A stretch of DNA of 64,000 bases from Actinomycetota bacterium (GCA_029977785.1 JAPOKG010000001.1:97-64096), one strand, 5' to 3'; numbered from the stretch's first letter, positions 51,145 through 62,859 are shown. The notes: a model not told the origin generated them from the sequence alone. Numbers and translations: made by a program.

Positions 51145-54100
51145 TTGCTACTACCTCCATTACATATTCATCCACTGGTAGACCCTCACGGTTTGCTTTC
51201 TCAATTGCTGCAAGTACGCGTGCATAGTCACGTGGCATGATGAGTGAGAAGCGAGTCACCTCAGTATCCCAGTTCTTCAATAAGTTCGCTGCAACTTCTG
51301 AACCAGTTTCAACGTGGAAGGTTGAAATAATTGAGCGAAGAACTTCACGTTGATCTGCTGGAACAGCGAGCACATCAACCATTTCAGTATTAACAATTGC
51401 TGTATCTAGATCAAGCACAAAGGCGCGACCACCAGACATACCTGCTGCAATGTTGCGACCTGTTGGGCCGAGAATCACTGCAGTTCCACCAGTCATGTAT
51501 TCAAGTGCGTGGTCACCTACTCCCTCAACAACTGCAGTTGCTCCAGAATTTCGAACACAGAAACGTTCTCCAACTAGGCCACGAATAAAGATTTCACCTG
51601 AAGTTGCGCCATAACCGATCACATTTCCGGCGATCACATTCTTTGCAGATGGGAAGGTTGCCTTCTCATCTGGGCGAACAATGACTCGGCCTCCGGAAAT
51701 TCCCTTACCGACATAATCGTTGGAATCGCCATAGAGTCGCAGCGTTAAACCTTGCGGAATAAAGGCGCCAAGAGATTGTCCGGCAGAACCATGCAGAGTG
51801 ACATCGATGGTTCCAACTGGTAGCCCTGCAGCTCCATAGCGTCGAGTGATTTCAGCACCCAACATTGTTCCGACTGTGCGATTAACGTTACGCACAGGAA
51901 GATCAATGCGAACAGGCTCCTTTTTCTCGAGCGCCAGCTTTGCGAGATCAATCAAGGTGTTATCAAGGGCTGCAGCTAAGCCATGATCTTGTGTTGTGGT
52001 CTGATGAAGCGGTGATTCAACATCAGGACGTACAAGAAGTGGAGAAAGATCTAGGCCGCTTGCCTTCCAGTGATCAATGGCAGCCTTGGTATCGAGATAT
52101 TCAACATGGCCAACAGCTTCAAGCAAGGTACGAAAGCCAAGGGAGGCCAAGATTTCGCGAACTTCTTCAGCAATGTACTCAAAGAAAGTCTCAACAAACT
52201 CTGGCTTTCCGGTGAATTTCTTTCGCAGCTCTGGGTTCTGTGTCGCAACACCCACTGGACAGGTATCCAAATGGCAGACGCGCATCATGATGCAACCCGA
52301 AACCACAAGTGGCGCTGTTGCAAATCCATACTCTTCAGCACCGAGCAGCGCCGCAATTACAACATCGCGGCCTGTCTTTAGCTGACCATCTGCTTGAACA
52401 ACGATGCGATCACGTAGCCCGTTGAGTAGAAGTGTCTGCTGCGTTTCTGCAAGACCTAGCTCCCAGGGCGCACCAGCATGTTTCAATGAAGTCAAAGGCG
52501 ATGCACCAGTTCCACCATCGTGTCCTGAAATAAGAACAACATCAGCATGAGCTTTAGAAACACCGGCAGCCACAGTTCCGACTCCAACCTCGGCTACCAA
52601 CTTCACATGCACGCGGGCATCTTTATTGGCATTCTTCAGATCATGAATCAACTGAGCCAAGTCTTCAATGGAATAGATATCGTGATGAGGCGGTGGCGAA
52701 ATCAGACCCACACCTGGTGTTGAAAAGCGCGCCTTAGCAATCCACGGATAAACCTTATTTCCAGGTAGCTGTCCGCCTTCGCCCGGCTTTGCGCCTTGTG
52801 CGATCTTGATCTGAATATCAGTGGCATTTATCAAGTAGTTGCTTGTCACGCCAAATCGTCCTGAGGCAACCTGCTTGATTGCAGATTTCTTCGAATCTCC
52901 ATTTGGTAGAGGGGTATAGCGCACTTCATCTTCGCCACCTTCACCAGTATTTGATTTGCCACCCAAGCGGTTCATAGCGATTGCCAACGTCTCATGGACT
53001 TCTTGTGACACAGAGCCATATGACATCGCACCTGTTGAGAAACGTTTCACAATTTCAGAGATTGGCTCAACTTCATCAATTGAGATTGGTGCACGTTCTC
53101 CTTCCTTAAATTCGAAGAGTCCGCGCAAGGTCATCAAGGTCTTACTCTGATCATTGACCTTAGATGTATAACGCTTAAAGATGTCGTAACGCTTATTGCG
53201 GGTTGAGTGCTGCAAAGCAAAGACTGTCTCAGGGTTAAATAGATGGGGCTCACCATCGCGACGCCATTGGTATTCGCCGCCAACGGCAAGGCGCTTTGCT
53301 CCTGGAATTTCGCCGCCTACTGGGTAAGCGAAATGATGACGTTTAATAGTCTCTTCAGCGATGACATCGAGGTCTACTCCACCAAGTCGTGAAGTTGTGC
53401 CGACAAAGAATTCGTCGACTACATCTTGTGCTAAACCAATTGCTTCAAATACCTGTGCTCCCGTGTATGAGGCAATTGTTGAAATACCCATTTTGGACAT
53501 TACCTTCAGAACGCCCTTGCCGAGACCCTTAATAACATTGCGAACTGCCTTTTCAGGGGTGATGCCGGTGATAACGCCTTGATTAACAAGATCTTCAGCT
53601 GTCTCCATAACCAAATATGGATTTACCGCTGCAGCTCCGTAGCCAATCAAGAGCGCGACATGGTGCACCTCGCGGACATCTCCAGCTTCAACAACTAGAC
53701 CCACCTTCGTGCGTGTCTTTTCGCGGATTAAGTGGTGATGAACAGCTGCTGTCAGCAATAGTGATGGGATTGGGCAATCTTCAGCATCGCCATCGCGATC
53801 AGAGAGCACAATGATGCGCGCACCTTTAGCGATTGCATCTGAAACTTCGCGCTTGATTTCTTCTAAGCGAATACGAAGAGTGTTTCCGTCTCCTGAAACC
53901 GGAAAGAGACCACGAACAACATAAGCCTCAAGTCCTGGGTAATCATCATCCGCGTTAACGTGAATAATCTTGGCCAGCTCATCGTTATCGATGACAGGAA
54001 ATGCCAAAGAGATTTGTTTGCATGATTCAGGGCCAGGATCGAGCAGGTTATGTTCTGGGCCTAGTGATCCGCCCAAACTAGTTACTAACTCTTCTCGAAT

Positions 54101-55654
54101 TGCATCGAGTGGTGGGTTTGTAACTTGCGCAAAAAGCTGTGTGAAGTAATCAAAGAGAAGTCTTGGCTTCTGTGAAAGCGCCGCGATTGGGGTATCCGTA
54201 CCCATCGAACCGAGCGCTTCTCCCCCGCTCTTTGCCATTGGAGTAATGATGATTTTGATTTCTTCTTCGGTATAGCCAAACGCTTTCTGGCGGCGAATTA
54301 CAGATTTATGTGGGTAGACAATGTGTTCGCGTGAAGGAAGATCAGAGAGTTTGATCATTCCATCTTTGAGCCACTGTCCATAAGGGGCTGCATCAGCGAG
54401 TGAATCCTTAATCTCATCATCTTCAATGATGCGGCCCGCTTCAATATCAACAAGGAACATCTTGCCTGGTTGCAGGCGACCTTTGCGAACAATCTTCTCT
54501 GCCGGGAAATCTAGTACGCCAACTTCTGATGCAAGTACAACAAGACCATCATCAGTAACCCAGAAACGAGATGGGCGAAGGCCATTGCGATCGAGCACTG
54601 CACCTACTTGATGGCCATCGGTAAATGTCACACACGCAGGCCCATCCCAGGGTTCCATAAGTGAGGCATGGAACGCATAAAAATCACGACGCTTCTGAGG
54701 CATCGTTGCATGGTTTTCCCATGCTTCAGGAATCATCATTAACACTGAATGTGGAAGTGAACGCCCACCAAGATAGAGAAGTTCAAGCACTTCATCAAAT
54801 GATGCTGAGTCAGAGCCTGACATTTCAACAATTGGAAAGAGGCGCTTGAGGTCTCCCCCGATGAGATCGCTAGCAAGGAGCGATTCACGCGCGCGCATCC
54901 AGTTACGGTTTCCCTTTACAGTATTGATTTCACCGTTGTGAGCGATAAAGCGATATGGGTGCGCCAGTGGCCATGATGGGAAGGTATTTGTTGAAAAACG
55001 TGAGTGAACCAGGGCAAGCGGTGAGACCACTCTTACATCGCTGAGATCAGGGAAGAACTCTTCTAGTTGTCCAGTTGTGAGCATTCCTTTATAAACGATT
55101 GTCTGAGAAGAAAGTGATGCGAAGTAAAGATCCAGAGTGTGTTCAGCTCTCTTGCGAAGTGCAAACGCCAATCGATCGAGCGCCAGACCTGCTTCGTTCT
55201 TTTTTCCTGCAACGAAGAGCTGTTCAAACTTTGGCATCACAGAGAGCGCTGTCTTACCGAGAGATGATGGGTTAATCGGTAATTCGCGCCACCCTAGAAC
55301 TGTAAGTCCTTCTTCATCGGCAATCTTGGCAATCTCGCTCTGAACATCTGCGCCCTGTGCAATAAATGCAATACCAGTTGCATATGAACCTTCTGCAGGA
55401 AGTGCTAAATCAGTGACAGCTTTGTAGAAGGCATCAGGAACGCGGATGAGAATTCCCGCACCGTCACCACTATCGGGTTCAGCACCGGATGCGCCGCGGT
55501 GTTCAAGATTACGAAGTGCGGTAAGCGCCTTCTCGACAATTTCATGTGTGGCAACTTTATTGAGGGTGGCAACCATGGCAACGCCGCATGCATCATGCTC
55601 TTGTGCGGGATCGTAGAGACCCTGGCGTGCGGGATAGTTCGATGAGAGTGCCAT
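51137..55654 (-). CDS. gltB: Glutamate synthase large subunit
   Basis: [51 protein letters not shown]. Confidence 0.98.
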   Translation of the reverse strand: MALSSNYPARQGLYDPAQEHDACGVAMVATLNKVATHEIVEKALTALRNLEHRGASGAEPDSGDGAGILIRVPDAFYKAVTDLALPAEGSYATGIAFIAQGADVQSEIAKIADEEGLTVLGWRELPINPSSLGKTALSVMPKFEQLFVAGKKNEAGLALDRLAFALRKRAEHTLDLYFASLSSQTIVYKGMLTTGQLEEFFPDLSDVRVVSPLALVHSRFSTNTFPSWPLAHPYRFIAHNGEINTVKGNRNWMRARESLLASDLIGGDLKRLFPIVEMSGSDSASFDEVLELLYLGGRSLPHSVLMMIPEAWENHATMPQKRRDFYAFHASLMEPWDGPACVTFTDGHQVGAVLDRNGLRPSRFWVTDDGLVVLASEVGVLDFPAEKIVRKGRLQPGKMFLVDIEAGRIIEDDEIKDSLADAAPYGQWLKDGMIKLSDLPSREHIVYPHKSVIRRQKAFGYTEEEIKIIITPMAKSGGEALGSMGTDTPIAALSQKPRLLFDYFTQLFAQVTNPPLDAIREELVTSLGGSLGPEHNLLDPGPESCKQISLAFPVIDNDELAKIIHVNADDDYPGLEAYVVRGLFPVSGDGNTLRIRLEEIKREVSDAIAKGARIIVLSDRDGDAEDCPIPSLLLTAAVHHHLIREKTRTKVGLVVEAGDVREVHHVALLIGYGAAAVNPYLVMETAEDLVNQGVITGITPEKAVRNVIKGLGKGVLKVMSKMGISTIASYTGAQVFEAIGLAQDVVDEFFVGTTSRLGGVDLDVIAEETIKRHHFAYPVGGEIPGAKRLAVGGEYQWRRDGEPHLFNPETVFALQHSTRNKRYDIFKRYTSKVNDQSKTLMTLRGLFEFKEGERAPISIDEVEPISEIVKRFSTGAMSYGSVSQEVHETLAIAMNRLGGKSNTGEGGEDEVRYTPLPNGDSKKSAIKQVASGRFGVTSNYLINATDIQIKIAQGAKPGEGGQLPGNKVYPWIAKARFSTPGVGLISPPPHHDIYSIEDLAQLIHDLKNANKDARVHVKLVAEVGVGTVAAGVSKAHADVVLISGHDGGTGASPLTSLKHAGAPWELGLAETQQTLLLNGLRDRIVVQADGQLKTGRDVVIAALLGAEEYGFATAPLVVSGCIMMRVCHLDTCPVGVATQNPELRKKFTGKPEFVETFFEYIAEEVREILASLGFRTLLEAVGHVEYLDTKAAIDHWKASGLDLSPLLVRPDVESPLHQTTTQDHGLAAALDNTLIDLAKLALEKKEPVRIDLPVRNVNRTVGTMLGAEITRRYGAAGLPVGTIDVTLHGSAGQSLGAFIPQGLTLRLYGDSNDYVGKGISGGRVIVRPDEKATFPSAKNVIAGNVIGYGATSGEIFIRGLVGERFCVRNSGATAVVEGVGDHALEYMTGGTAVILGPTGRNIAAGMSGGRAFVLDLDTAIVNTEMVDVLAVPADQREVLRSIISTFHVETGSEVAANLLKNWDTEVTRFSLIMPRDYARVLAAIEKANREGLPVDEYVMEVVANG

Positions 55655-55750
55655 AACCCGTTGTCCTTTTTTCGTAAAACAAAAGGGACAACTTTGGCCC
55701 GTGAGCGGTAAGTAATGGTGCTCCTACCCGCTTCAGTAGCGAAAGAGTAG
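55655..55750 (-). promoter_or_regulatory. gltB promoter and structured 5' leader with an SD-sequestering stem
   Basis: -10-like TACTCT near 55744-55749; inverted repeat gttgtccttttt (55660-55671) / aaaagggacaac (55681-55692) covers the purine-rich RBS. Confidence 0.6.
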
Positions 55751-55763
55751 CAACCTAGGTGGT

Positions 55764-56477
55764 TTAGATGCCACTTATATGCAGCGCCTGCCCGATTCCA
55801 GCGGTGATGGCCATACCCAGGCAGCCACCGGCTATGACTCGCACGGTGGGAGTAAGCAACTTAGATCCTGCGATTCGGGCGCTCAAAATCCCAGTGAAAG
55901 TTAGGCCGATGAGGGTGAAGGCGACGATACTCCACGCGGCTTTTCCGGGTGTCGGAGCAAATGCCCCAACAAATGGAATGAGACCACCTGCAGTAAAGCT
56001 AAGTGCCGATGCAATTGCTGCTTGTACGGGACGAGCCTTGGTGTGAGGGTGTTGGCCTAACTCGTCACGAAGATGTGCAGCGAGTGGATCTTTCTGATGC
56101 ATCGCTTCGGCAACATGTACTGCTAAATCTCGTGAAAGACCGCGCTGCATATAGATTTGAACCAGCTCTTCTAATTCGCCCGCAGGGTCTATTGCAAGAT
56201 GTTCAATCTCTAACAGGCGATCAGATTCTTCAATGTCATTTTGAGAACGAACTGAGACGTATTCACCAACGGCCATTGACATAGCACCTGCTGCAATTCC
56301 AGCGGCTCCTGCTGTGATGAGGAAACTCTGTTCGCCGGCGCGCGCTGCAGCAACACCAATCATCAAACTTGCAGTCGAAACTAAACCGTCATTGGCGCCA
56401 AGGACGGCGGCACGTAACCAACCAGCGCGATGAGTGCGATGGCTGAGATTACGTTGATAGACATCCTCTAAACCCAT
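55764..56477 (-). CDS. VIT1/CCC1-family Fe/Mn transporter
   Basis: LRAAVLGANDGLVS, GAMSMAVGEYVSV, H.RDELG. Confidence 0.93.
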   Translation of the reverse strand: MGLEDVYQRNLSHRTHRAGWLRAAVLGANDGLVSTASLMIGVAAARAGEQSFLITAGAAGIAAGAMSMAVGEYVSVRSQNDIEESDRLLEIEHLAIDPAGELEELVQIYMQRGLSRDLAVHVAEAMHQKDPLAAHLRDELGQHPHTKARPVQAAIASALSFTAGGLIPFVGAFAPTPGKAAWSIVAFTLIGLTFTGILSARIAGSKLLTPTVRVIAGGCLGMAITAGIGQALHISGI

Positions 56478-56486
56478 CTTGCAAGC

Positions 56487-57290
56487 CTACCTGTCTGAGC
56501 GCTTGAATTTGATAAAGGCAGCACATGCCAGTGAAAAAAGAGTAAGTGCAACATATTGATTCAGACGCATCCCACCCCATACATATGCCTGATCGATACG
56601 AATTCCTTCGATAAAGAAGCGCGCAAGCGAGTAGCCCGCGACATAGAGTGCGAAGATTGAGCCCGCTGGGTAGCGAGTGCCGAGGGCAATCAAAAGAAGA
56701 GCAAGGCTTGCGGTGGCGATAGCTTCATACGCGAAGGTGGGATGAAAGGTAGTGAAATTTTCATAACCAGAGGGGCGAAGGTTTGCGGGGATTTCTAGCG
56801 CCCACCAAGTATTGAGTGGTCTGCCAAAAAGTTCTCCATTAAACCAATTTCCAAATCGACCAATAGCCTGCGCAAAAAGTAAACCTGGAGCTACAGCATC
56901 AGCAAAGTGAGCAAAGCTCGGCAGTTCGATGCGACGTGCGATTCTGCGATACGCGATATATGCACCAAGCGCACCCAGTCCGATGGCGCCCCAAATTCCA
57001 AGGCCACCTTTCCAAATCTTGAAAATATCAGCAAAGTTTGCGCCAGGGCCAAAGTAAAGTTCCGGTGAAGTAAGCACATGGTAAAGACGCCCACCAATAA
57101 CTCCGCTCGGTACAGCGACGATAGCTACATCAGATAGAACTGTTTGAGCTCCTGGAAAGGTTGCCACAAAGCGCTTATTTCCGACCCAGATCGCCACTGC
57201 TACTCCTGCAATGATGCAGAGTGCGTAGAAATGAATGGTGAATGGCCCTAGCGCAACTACCGATGTACTCGGAGTTGGAAAGGCTTGCAA
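56487..57290 (-). CDS. lgt: Prolipoprotein diacylglyceryl transferase
   Basis: FYALCI, GGRLYHV, GGLGIWG, QAIGRFGNWFNGELFG, HPTFAYE. Confidence 0.95.
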   Translation of the reverse strand: MQAFPTPSTSVVALGPFTIHFYALCIIAGVAVAIWVGNKRFVATFPGAQTVLSDVAIVAVPSGVIGGRLYHVLTSPELYFGPGANFADIFKIWKGGLGIWGAIGLGALGAYIAYRRIARRIELPSFAHFADAVAPGLLFAQAIGRFGNWFNGELFGRPLNTWWALEIPANLRPSGYENFTTFHPTFAYEAIATASLALLLIALGTRYPAGSIFALYVAGYSLARFFIEGIRIDQAYVWGGMRLNQYVALTLFSLACAAFIKFKRSDR

Positions 57291-57295
57291 AGTAC

Positions 57296-57967
57296 TTATC
57301 CGCGCTCTACTGCAGCTTTGAACTTAGCAGCGTCAAAATATTCGCTTGCATTGCGGTCAATTTCTTTACCATTAACGAAGACAGTTGGCGTTGAATTTAC
57401 ATTTGCCTTTGCACCGGCTGCCGCAACATTGCTCACCCAACCTAAGTAATCGCCCTTGTTAACGCAGCTACTAAATTTTTGGCTGGTTATTCCGGCTGTT
57501 TGTCCGAGAGTTGCGAGGAAACCATTATCCCAAGCACCTGAATTTTCTTGCTTCTGGTTCATCATAAGCAAGCGGTGATATTCGAGGAATTTACCTTCAT
57601 CTGCAGAACAAGCCGCTGCATTAGCAGCGTTGACGGATTCAGGTCCCAAGAACGAGAGCGTGTGATAAACAACAGTTGCCTTCTTTTCAGCAATCAGAGA
57701 TTCGATATATGCGCCATTGAGTTGCTCGAACTGAGCACAGACCGGGCATTGAAAATCTTCATAGATATCAATGACAGGAACTCCGGTCAGTTCGCCATTA
57801 AAAACCACTCCGTAACCACGATCGGCTGAAACGTTCGCCGGAATGCTGGCTGAAGAATCGGTTTGTCGTGATAGAAGTGTCGGTACCAACATGATGAGGA
57901 GAACGCCTACGACGACTGCAATAACGAGATTGCGAGTGAAGTTATCTTTTCCTGGTTGTTTAGCCAT
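57296..57967 (-). CDS. Membrane-anchored DsbA-family thioredoxin-fold protein
   Basis: N-terminal TM; YEDFQCPVC active site; STPT cis-Pro loop. Confidence 0.9.
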   Translation of the reverse strand: MAKQPGKDNFTRNLVIAVVVGVLLIMLVPTLLSRQTDSSASIPANVSADRGYGVVFNGELTGVPVIDIYEDFQCPVCAQFEQLNGAYIESLIAEKKATVVYHTLSFLGPESVNAANAAACSADEGKFLEYHRLLMMNQKQENSGAWDNGFLATLGQTAGITSQKFSSCVNKGDYLGWVSNVAAAGAKANVNSTPTVFVNGKEIDRNASEYFDAAKFKAAVERG

Positions 57968-58448
57968 TGTTGCTTTCTCCTAGTTGTGTCGCAGGCGCTG
58001 GTGTTTTGTCCAGGCCAAATTTAGTGTGTGGGAAGAGAGTTAAGTAAATTGCCAAGAGCGCTAGGCCCGTGTCGCGCAGAAGAGGAGTGAGATAGTTCGC
58101 TTCACCCTCAGGAACTTGTCCCCCACCTCCGAAACATCCGCAGTCGATAGAAAGTCCGCGAGCCCAGGCTTGGGAGATAGCGATCATGAAACCAATCATT
58201 AAGAGCGCACTGAGTGCACCAGTAATACGCACAGCCGCTCCGATGACCAGGAGAATTCCTACCGCTAATTCAAAGAAAGGCACGACGATTCCGAGGAAGT
58301 TCGCAAGTGAAATCGGAAGCATCTCATAGGCTCGAACTGCCATCTGCGATTTATCGAGTTCATCAAATTTGAGATAGCCAGCAGCAATTAACGTTCCACC
58401 AAGGACGAGTCGAGCGACAAGCCCTAGCCATGGCTGAATAGTCTTCAT
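57960..58448 (-). CDS. MauE/DoxX-family redox-associated membrane protein
   Basis: Several TMs; AVRAY, ELAVG, RGLSIDCGCFG motif. Confidence 0.88.
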   Translation of the reverse strand: MKTIQPWLGLVARLVLGGTLIAAGYLKFDELDKSQMAVRAYEMLPISLANFLGIVVPFFELAVGILLVIGAAVRITGALSALLMIGFMIAISQAWARGLSIDCGCFGGGGQVPEGEANYLTPLLRDTGLALLAIYLTLFPHTKFGLDKTPAPATQLGESNNG

Positions 58449-59248
58449 CGTCCTTCACGCACTCCCAATGAAAGTTGTTGCGCTAACTCTCTCACAGATT
58501 TCAATCCCTCTGCCTCATTTGTAGCATCCTGCATCGCCTTTATAAATGCCGATCCCACAATGACTCCGTCTGCATATCCTGCAACGCCCTTAGCTTGCTC
58601 GCGAGTTGAAACTCCAAGCCCAACTCCAATAGGCAAATCTGTTGTTTCTCTAATGCGTGCAACAAGGTCAGGTGCTCCTGATGACACTGACGACCGTGTT
58701 CCGGTTACCCCCATGAGACTTGCTGCATAAACAAAGCCACCGCATCGTGATGTCACTTGTGGCAGACGTTGTGCAGATGTGCTTGGTGCAACTACATAGA
58801 TTGGATTGATTTCGCTCTTCTCGACAGCTGACTTCCATCCAGCAGATTCTTCGATGGTCAGGTCGGGAGTAATTACTCCCGATCCACCATTTGCTGCTAT
58901 GGATTGGGCAAACTTCTCAACTCCATATTTTTCAATAGGGTTCCAGTACGTCATCACAACTGCAGGAACACCTGAATCAGTTGCAACTTTAAGCGCATCA
59001 AATACATCGGCTGCGTTTGTTCCCTGTGAGAGTGATTGATCCGCGGCTGCTTGGATAGTTGGACCATCCATCACGGGATCGCTATACGGAAAGCCAATTT
59101 CGATGGCATCAACGCCACCTTCAACAAAGGCTTGGATTACTTTCTTGCAACCTTCAATAGTTGGAAATCCAGCGGGGATATATGCAATAAGCGCCGCTCT
59201 ATTTTCAGCACGTACTTTTACAAAGAGGTCATCAAGCGGTGTGGACAT
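58445..59248 (-). CDS. trpA: Tryptophan synthase alpha chain
   Basis: IEIGFPYSDPVMDGPTIQ, MTYWNP, GVTG, DGVIVGSA. Confidence 0.98.
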   Translation of the reverse strand: MSTPLDDLFVKVRAENRAALIAYIPAGFPTIEGCKKVIQAFVEGGVDAIEIGFPYSDPVMDGPTIQAAADQSLSQGTNAADVFDALKVATDSGVPAVVMTYWNPIEKYGVEKFAQSIAANGGSGVITPDLTIEESAGWKSAVEKSEINPIYVVAPSTSAQRLPQVTSRCGGFVYAASLMGVTGTRSSVSSGAPDLVARIRETTDLPIGVGLGVSTREQAKGVAGYADGVIVGSAFIKAMQDATNEAEGLKSVRELAQQLSLGVREGR

Positions 59249-60442
59249 TTACAGAGGAATTCCAAAATACTGCGCCGCAGTCTGAACATCTTTATCGCCA
59301 CGTCCCGATAGATTGATGAGCAATATCGCCTCAGGTCCGAGCTCATTACCAATTTGAAGCGCGCCTGCAAGTGCATGTGCAGTTTCGATTGCAGGAATGA
59401 TTCCTTCTGTCTTACAAAGAAGTGCAAATGCGTGCATCGCCTGCGCATCAGTAATCGCGCGATATTCAGCGCGACCAATGTCATGAAGGTAGGCATGCTC
59501 TGGACCAACACCTGGGTAATCAAGTCCAGCCGAAATTGAATGGGATTCGATTGTCTGACCGTTCTCATCTTGCAGAACATAGGTGCGATTTCCGTGCAGC
59601 ACGCCCGGGCTTCCCCCAGTGATGGTTGCAGCGTGTCGTCCAGTTTCAACGCCGTCACCTGCTGCTTCAAGTCCGATCAAGCGAACTTCAGGGTCAGAGA
59701 TAAAGCGATGGAAGATTCCGATGGCATTGGATCCTCCTCCGACACAGGCAAGAACTGCAGTTGGAAGTTTTCCGGTCAGCGCCAATACCTGTTCGCGAGA
59801 TTCTTCACCGATAATTTTATGGAAGTCGCGAACCATGGAAGGGAATGGGTGCGGACCGGCAACTGTGCCGAGCATGTAGTGCGTAGTTTCAACATTGGTC
59901 ACCCAATCACGCATCGCTTCATTAATCGCATCCTTCAAGGTGCGTGAACCCGAAGTTACAGGAATTACTTCTGCGCCCAATAACTTCATGCGAGCAACGT
60001 TAAGCGCCTGGCGCCTTGTATCTTCTTCGCCCATGTAGACAACACATTCAAGGCCCATCAGCGCTGCAGCAGTTGCCGATGCGACTCCATGTTGGCCAGC
60101 ACCAGTTTCAGCGATGATGCGCTTCTTGCCCATACGTTTTGTGAGGAGCGCTTGACCAAGAACATTATTTATTTTGTGGCTACCAGTGTGGTTGAGATCT
60201 TCGCGCTTCAAGAGAATGCGTGCACCACCAGCATGTTCTGCGAAACGTTTTGCCTCGGTCAGAGCGCTGGGACGACCGGTATAGGTGCGATGCAGCGCCG
60301 CCAACTCTGCGATAAATGTGGGATCAGTCTGCGCCTTGATGCGCGCAGCATCGAGCTCTTCGAGGGCTCCAATCAACGCTTCCGGAACAAAGCGCCCGCC
60401 ATATTGGCCAAAGTGGCCTGCAATCTCATCGAGAGTGGTCAT
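59249..60442 (-). CDS. trpB: Tryptophan synthase beta chain
   Basis: [47 protein letters not shown]. Confidence 0.98.
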   Translation of the reverse strand: MTTLDEIAGHFGQYGGRFVPEALIGALEELDAARIKAQTDPTFIAELAALHRTYTGRPSALTEAKRFAEHAGGARILLKREDLNHTGSHKINNVLGQALLTKRMGKKRIIAETGAGQHGVASATAAALMGLECVVYMGEEDTRRQALNVARMKLLGAEVIPVTSGSRTLKDAINEAMRDWVTNVETTHYMLGTVAGPHPFPSMVRDFHKIIGEESREQVLALTGKLPTAVLACVGGGSNAIGIFHRFISDPEVRLIGLEAAGDGVETGRHAATITGGSPGVLHGNRTYVLQDENGQTIESHSISAGLDYPGVGPEHAYLHDIGRAEYRAITDAQAMHAFALLCKTEGIIPAIETAHALAGALQIGNELGPEAILLINLSGRGDKDVQTAAQYFGIPL

Positions 60443-60452
60443 AGCTGTAAGC

Positions 60453-61226
60453 CTACCCGTGACCTAGTAGTTCACGCATTGCAGAAATAGGATCACCAGA
60501 TTTCACGAGGGATTCACCTACAAGAATTGCAGTTGCCCCCGCCTTTTGCGCCTGAGCGACATCCGCGTGGGTTGAAATCCCTGATTCTGCAACACGAATC
60601 ACAGATGATGGAATTGCTGGGATGAGCTCTTCAAATACTGATGCGCTGACTTCAAGTGTCTTGAGGTTTCGCGAGTTAACTCCAACAATGCGAGGTGAGA
60701 TATCCATCGCGCTCTCTAGCTCAGATTGCGTATGTACTTCAACGAGAGAGGCCATGCCTAGTTCGGTAGCTAGATCATAGAAATCTTTCAGTTGGCTCTT
60801 GGAGAGAGCTGCCACAATTAACAAGACAATATCGGCGCCATGAGCACGCGCTTCCAGGAATTGATATTCATCAACCATGAAATCTTTTCGTAAAACAGGA
60901 ATCTCGATGCGAGAACGAACGGCGTCAAGATCAGCCAGCGAACCACCAAATCTGCGTTGTTCAGTCAGAACGCTGACAGCTGCAGCGCCTGCTTCTTGAT
61001 ACTTTTCTGCAAGGGCTGCCGGGTCTGTAATTGGGGCGAGGTCTCCCTTTGATGGCGATGAGCGTTTTACCTCTGCGATTACATTCATCTCATTTCGAGA
61101 TAGAAAGGTGTGTGCATCTAGCGCTGGTGCTTGCGCATCAATGCGCTCATGCAAGGCTCCCATAGAGCCACGGCGCGCTGCTAAATCTTCGCGGACGCCT
61201 TCAATAATCGAGTCAAGCACGCTCAC
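60453..61226 (-). CDS. trpC: Indole-3-glycerol phosphate synthase
   Basis: [31 protein letters not shown]. Confidence 0.97.
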   Translation of the reverse strand: MSVLDSIIEGVREDLAARRGSMGALHERIDAQAPALDAHTFLSRNEMNVIAEVKRSSPSKGDLAPITDPAALAEKYQEAGAAAVSVLTEQRRFGGSLADLDAVRSRIEIPVLRKDFMVDEYQFLEARAHGADIVLLIVAALSKSQLKDFYDLATELGMASLVEVHTQSELESAMDISPRIVGVNSRNLKTLEVSASVFEELIPAIPSSVIRVAESGISTHADVAQAQKAGATAILVGESLVKSGDPISAMRELLGHG

Positions 61227-61378
61227 TTGTTCTCCTCTGTTGGATCAATACCTTTATCGAGCGCAGTCCATGTATTAAGTTCACGTGGAGCTCTCTCGTA
61301 GCGAGCAGATAGTCGTAGACGTCGGCTGATTGAAATAGCAATGACTGCTACAAAGAAGAGAGAGATCGCTAGCTTCAT
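61223..61378 (-). CDS. 51-aa mini membrane protein resembling the C-terminus of the actinobacterial Trp-biosynthesis-associated membrane protein
   Basis: [51 protein letters not shown]; ATGA overlap with the trpE stop and GTGA overlap with the trpC start; below the ORF-track size cut-off. Confidence 0.85.
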   Translation of the reverse strand: MKLAISLFFVAVIAISISRRLRLSARYERAPRELNTWTALDKGIDPTEENK

Positions 61379-62859
61379 GGACGCTGCAATTCGTGAGCTG
61401 CGCTAATCGCGCCGAGAACGGCCGCCGCCTTATTGAGAGTCTCTTCATTTTCAGATGCTGGATCTGAATCAGCTACAAGTCCGGCCCCTGCTTGCACATA
61501 GGCAGTACCACCATGAAGGAGAGCGGTTCTAATTGCAATACATGCATCGATATTGCCGGTGAAATCAAAGTATCCAATCGCGCCGCCGTACAACCCGCGT
61601 CTTGTTGGTTCGAGCGATTCAATGATTTCCATAGCGCGTGGTTTGGGCGCTCCTGAAAGAGTTCCTGCTGGAAAGACTGAGAAGAGCGCATCAATAGGAG
61701 TTGAGGAAGGATCCAACTTTCCAATCACGGTCGAAACAATATGCATGACATGTGAGTAACGCTCGATATGCATAAAGTCGATTACTTCTACCGAACCTGG
61801 AGCACACACTCGACCTAAATCATTGCGACCTAAATCAACTAACATCAAATGCTCAGCGCGCTCTTTGGGATCTGCCAACAGCTCTTCACCTAGGCGAATA
61901 TCTTCTTCAACTGAGGCAGAACGTTTACGAGTGCCAGCGATTGGGTGCACCATGACTTCATCGCCAGTAACTTTCACGAGAGCTTCTGGGCTGGAACCGA
62001 CAATCTCAACGCCATCTTCGAAGCGGAATAAATACATATACGGGCTTGGATTGTTAAGGCGCAACATTCGATAGACATCGAGAGCATCTGCAGTACATGG
62101 CATGGCAAATCTTTGCGATAAAACAATCTGAAAAGCTTCTCCGGCTCGAATTTCTTCTTTTGCTATCTCAACCTTGGCCATAAATTCATCAGCAGTCATA
62201 TTGCGAGAAAATTGTGGCGCCTTCTTTGAAGGAATTGTTGTGACATCTCCAGCAAGAGGGGCAAGAAGTTGCGCTTGCATGCGATCAAGGCGAGAAACTG
62301 CATCTGCATAAGACTCATCGATACGTTCGTCAGAGCCATCCCAATTGATTGCGTTGGCAATAAGGGTGATTGTTCCTTCACCATGATCCATCACCGCTAA
62401 ATCACTCGTCAACATAAAGGCGATTTCAGGAAGTGCAATATCTTTCTGAGCAAGCTCTGGAATCCGCTCCAAACTGCGGACGCAGTCGTAACCCATATAT
62501 CCAACTAAGCCACCGGTCAGAGTAGGAAGCCCCGCAATCTTTGGAGATTTCAGATGCGAGACCGATTTACGGAGCGCTTCCAGTGGACTCATATTGACCG
62601 GAACACCTGCCGGAGGTGTGCCTAACCAGAAAGCTGCTCCATCTTTCTCTGTCAAAGTGGTCTGGCTATGAGCCCCGATAAATGAATAGCGCGACCAGAC
62701 TCCCCCATGTTCTGCCGATTCCAACAAGAAGGTTCCAGGAAGATTCTTGGCTAACTTCTTGTAGACATTCAGCGGAGTTTCGCCATCGGCGAGGAGCTTT
62801 CGGTAGACCGGGATGACGTTATGGTTTTTGGCAAACTCACGGAATTCTTCGAGCTTCAT
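61375..62859 (-). CDS. trpE: Anthranilate synthase component I
   Basis: [51 protein letters not shown]. Confidence 0.97.
   Translation of the reverse strand: MKLEEFREFAKNHNVIPVYRKLLADGETPLNVYKKLAKNLPGTFLLESAEHGGVWSRYSFIGAHSQTTLTEKDGAAFWLGTPPAGVPVNMSPLEALRKSVSHLKSPKIAGLPTLTGGLVGYMGYDCVRSLERIPELAQKDIALPEIAFMLTSDLAVMDHGEGTITLIANAINWDGSDERIDESYADAVSRLDRMQAQLLAPLAGDVTTIPSKKAPQFSRNMTADEFMAKVEIAKEEIRAGEAFQIVLSQRFAMPCTADALDVYRMLRLNNPSPYMYLFRFEDGVEIVGSSPEALVKVTGDEVMVHPIAGTRKRSASVEEDIRLGEELLADPKERAEHLMLVDLGRNDLGRVCAPGSVEVIDFMHIERYSHVMHIVSTVIGKLDPSSTPIDALFSVFPAGTLSGAPKPRAMEIIESLEPTRRGLYGGAIGYFDFTGNIDACIAIRTALLHGGTAYVQAGAGLVADSDPASENEETLNKAAAVLGAISAAHELQRP

Noticed and set aside
61223-61378. Mini ORF as a classical trp attenuator leader peptide
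   Set aside because: It lies inside the operon after trpE, has only one Trp codon, and no terminator/antiterminator follows. It fits a truncated membrane-protein family better.
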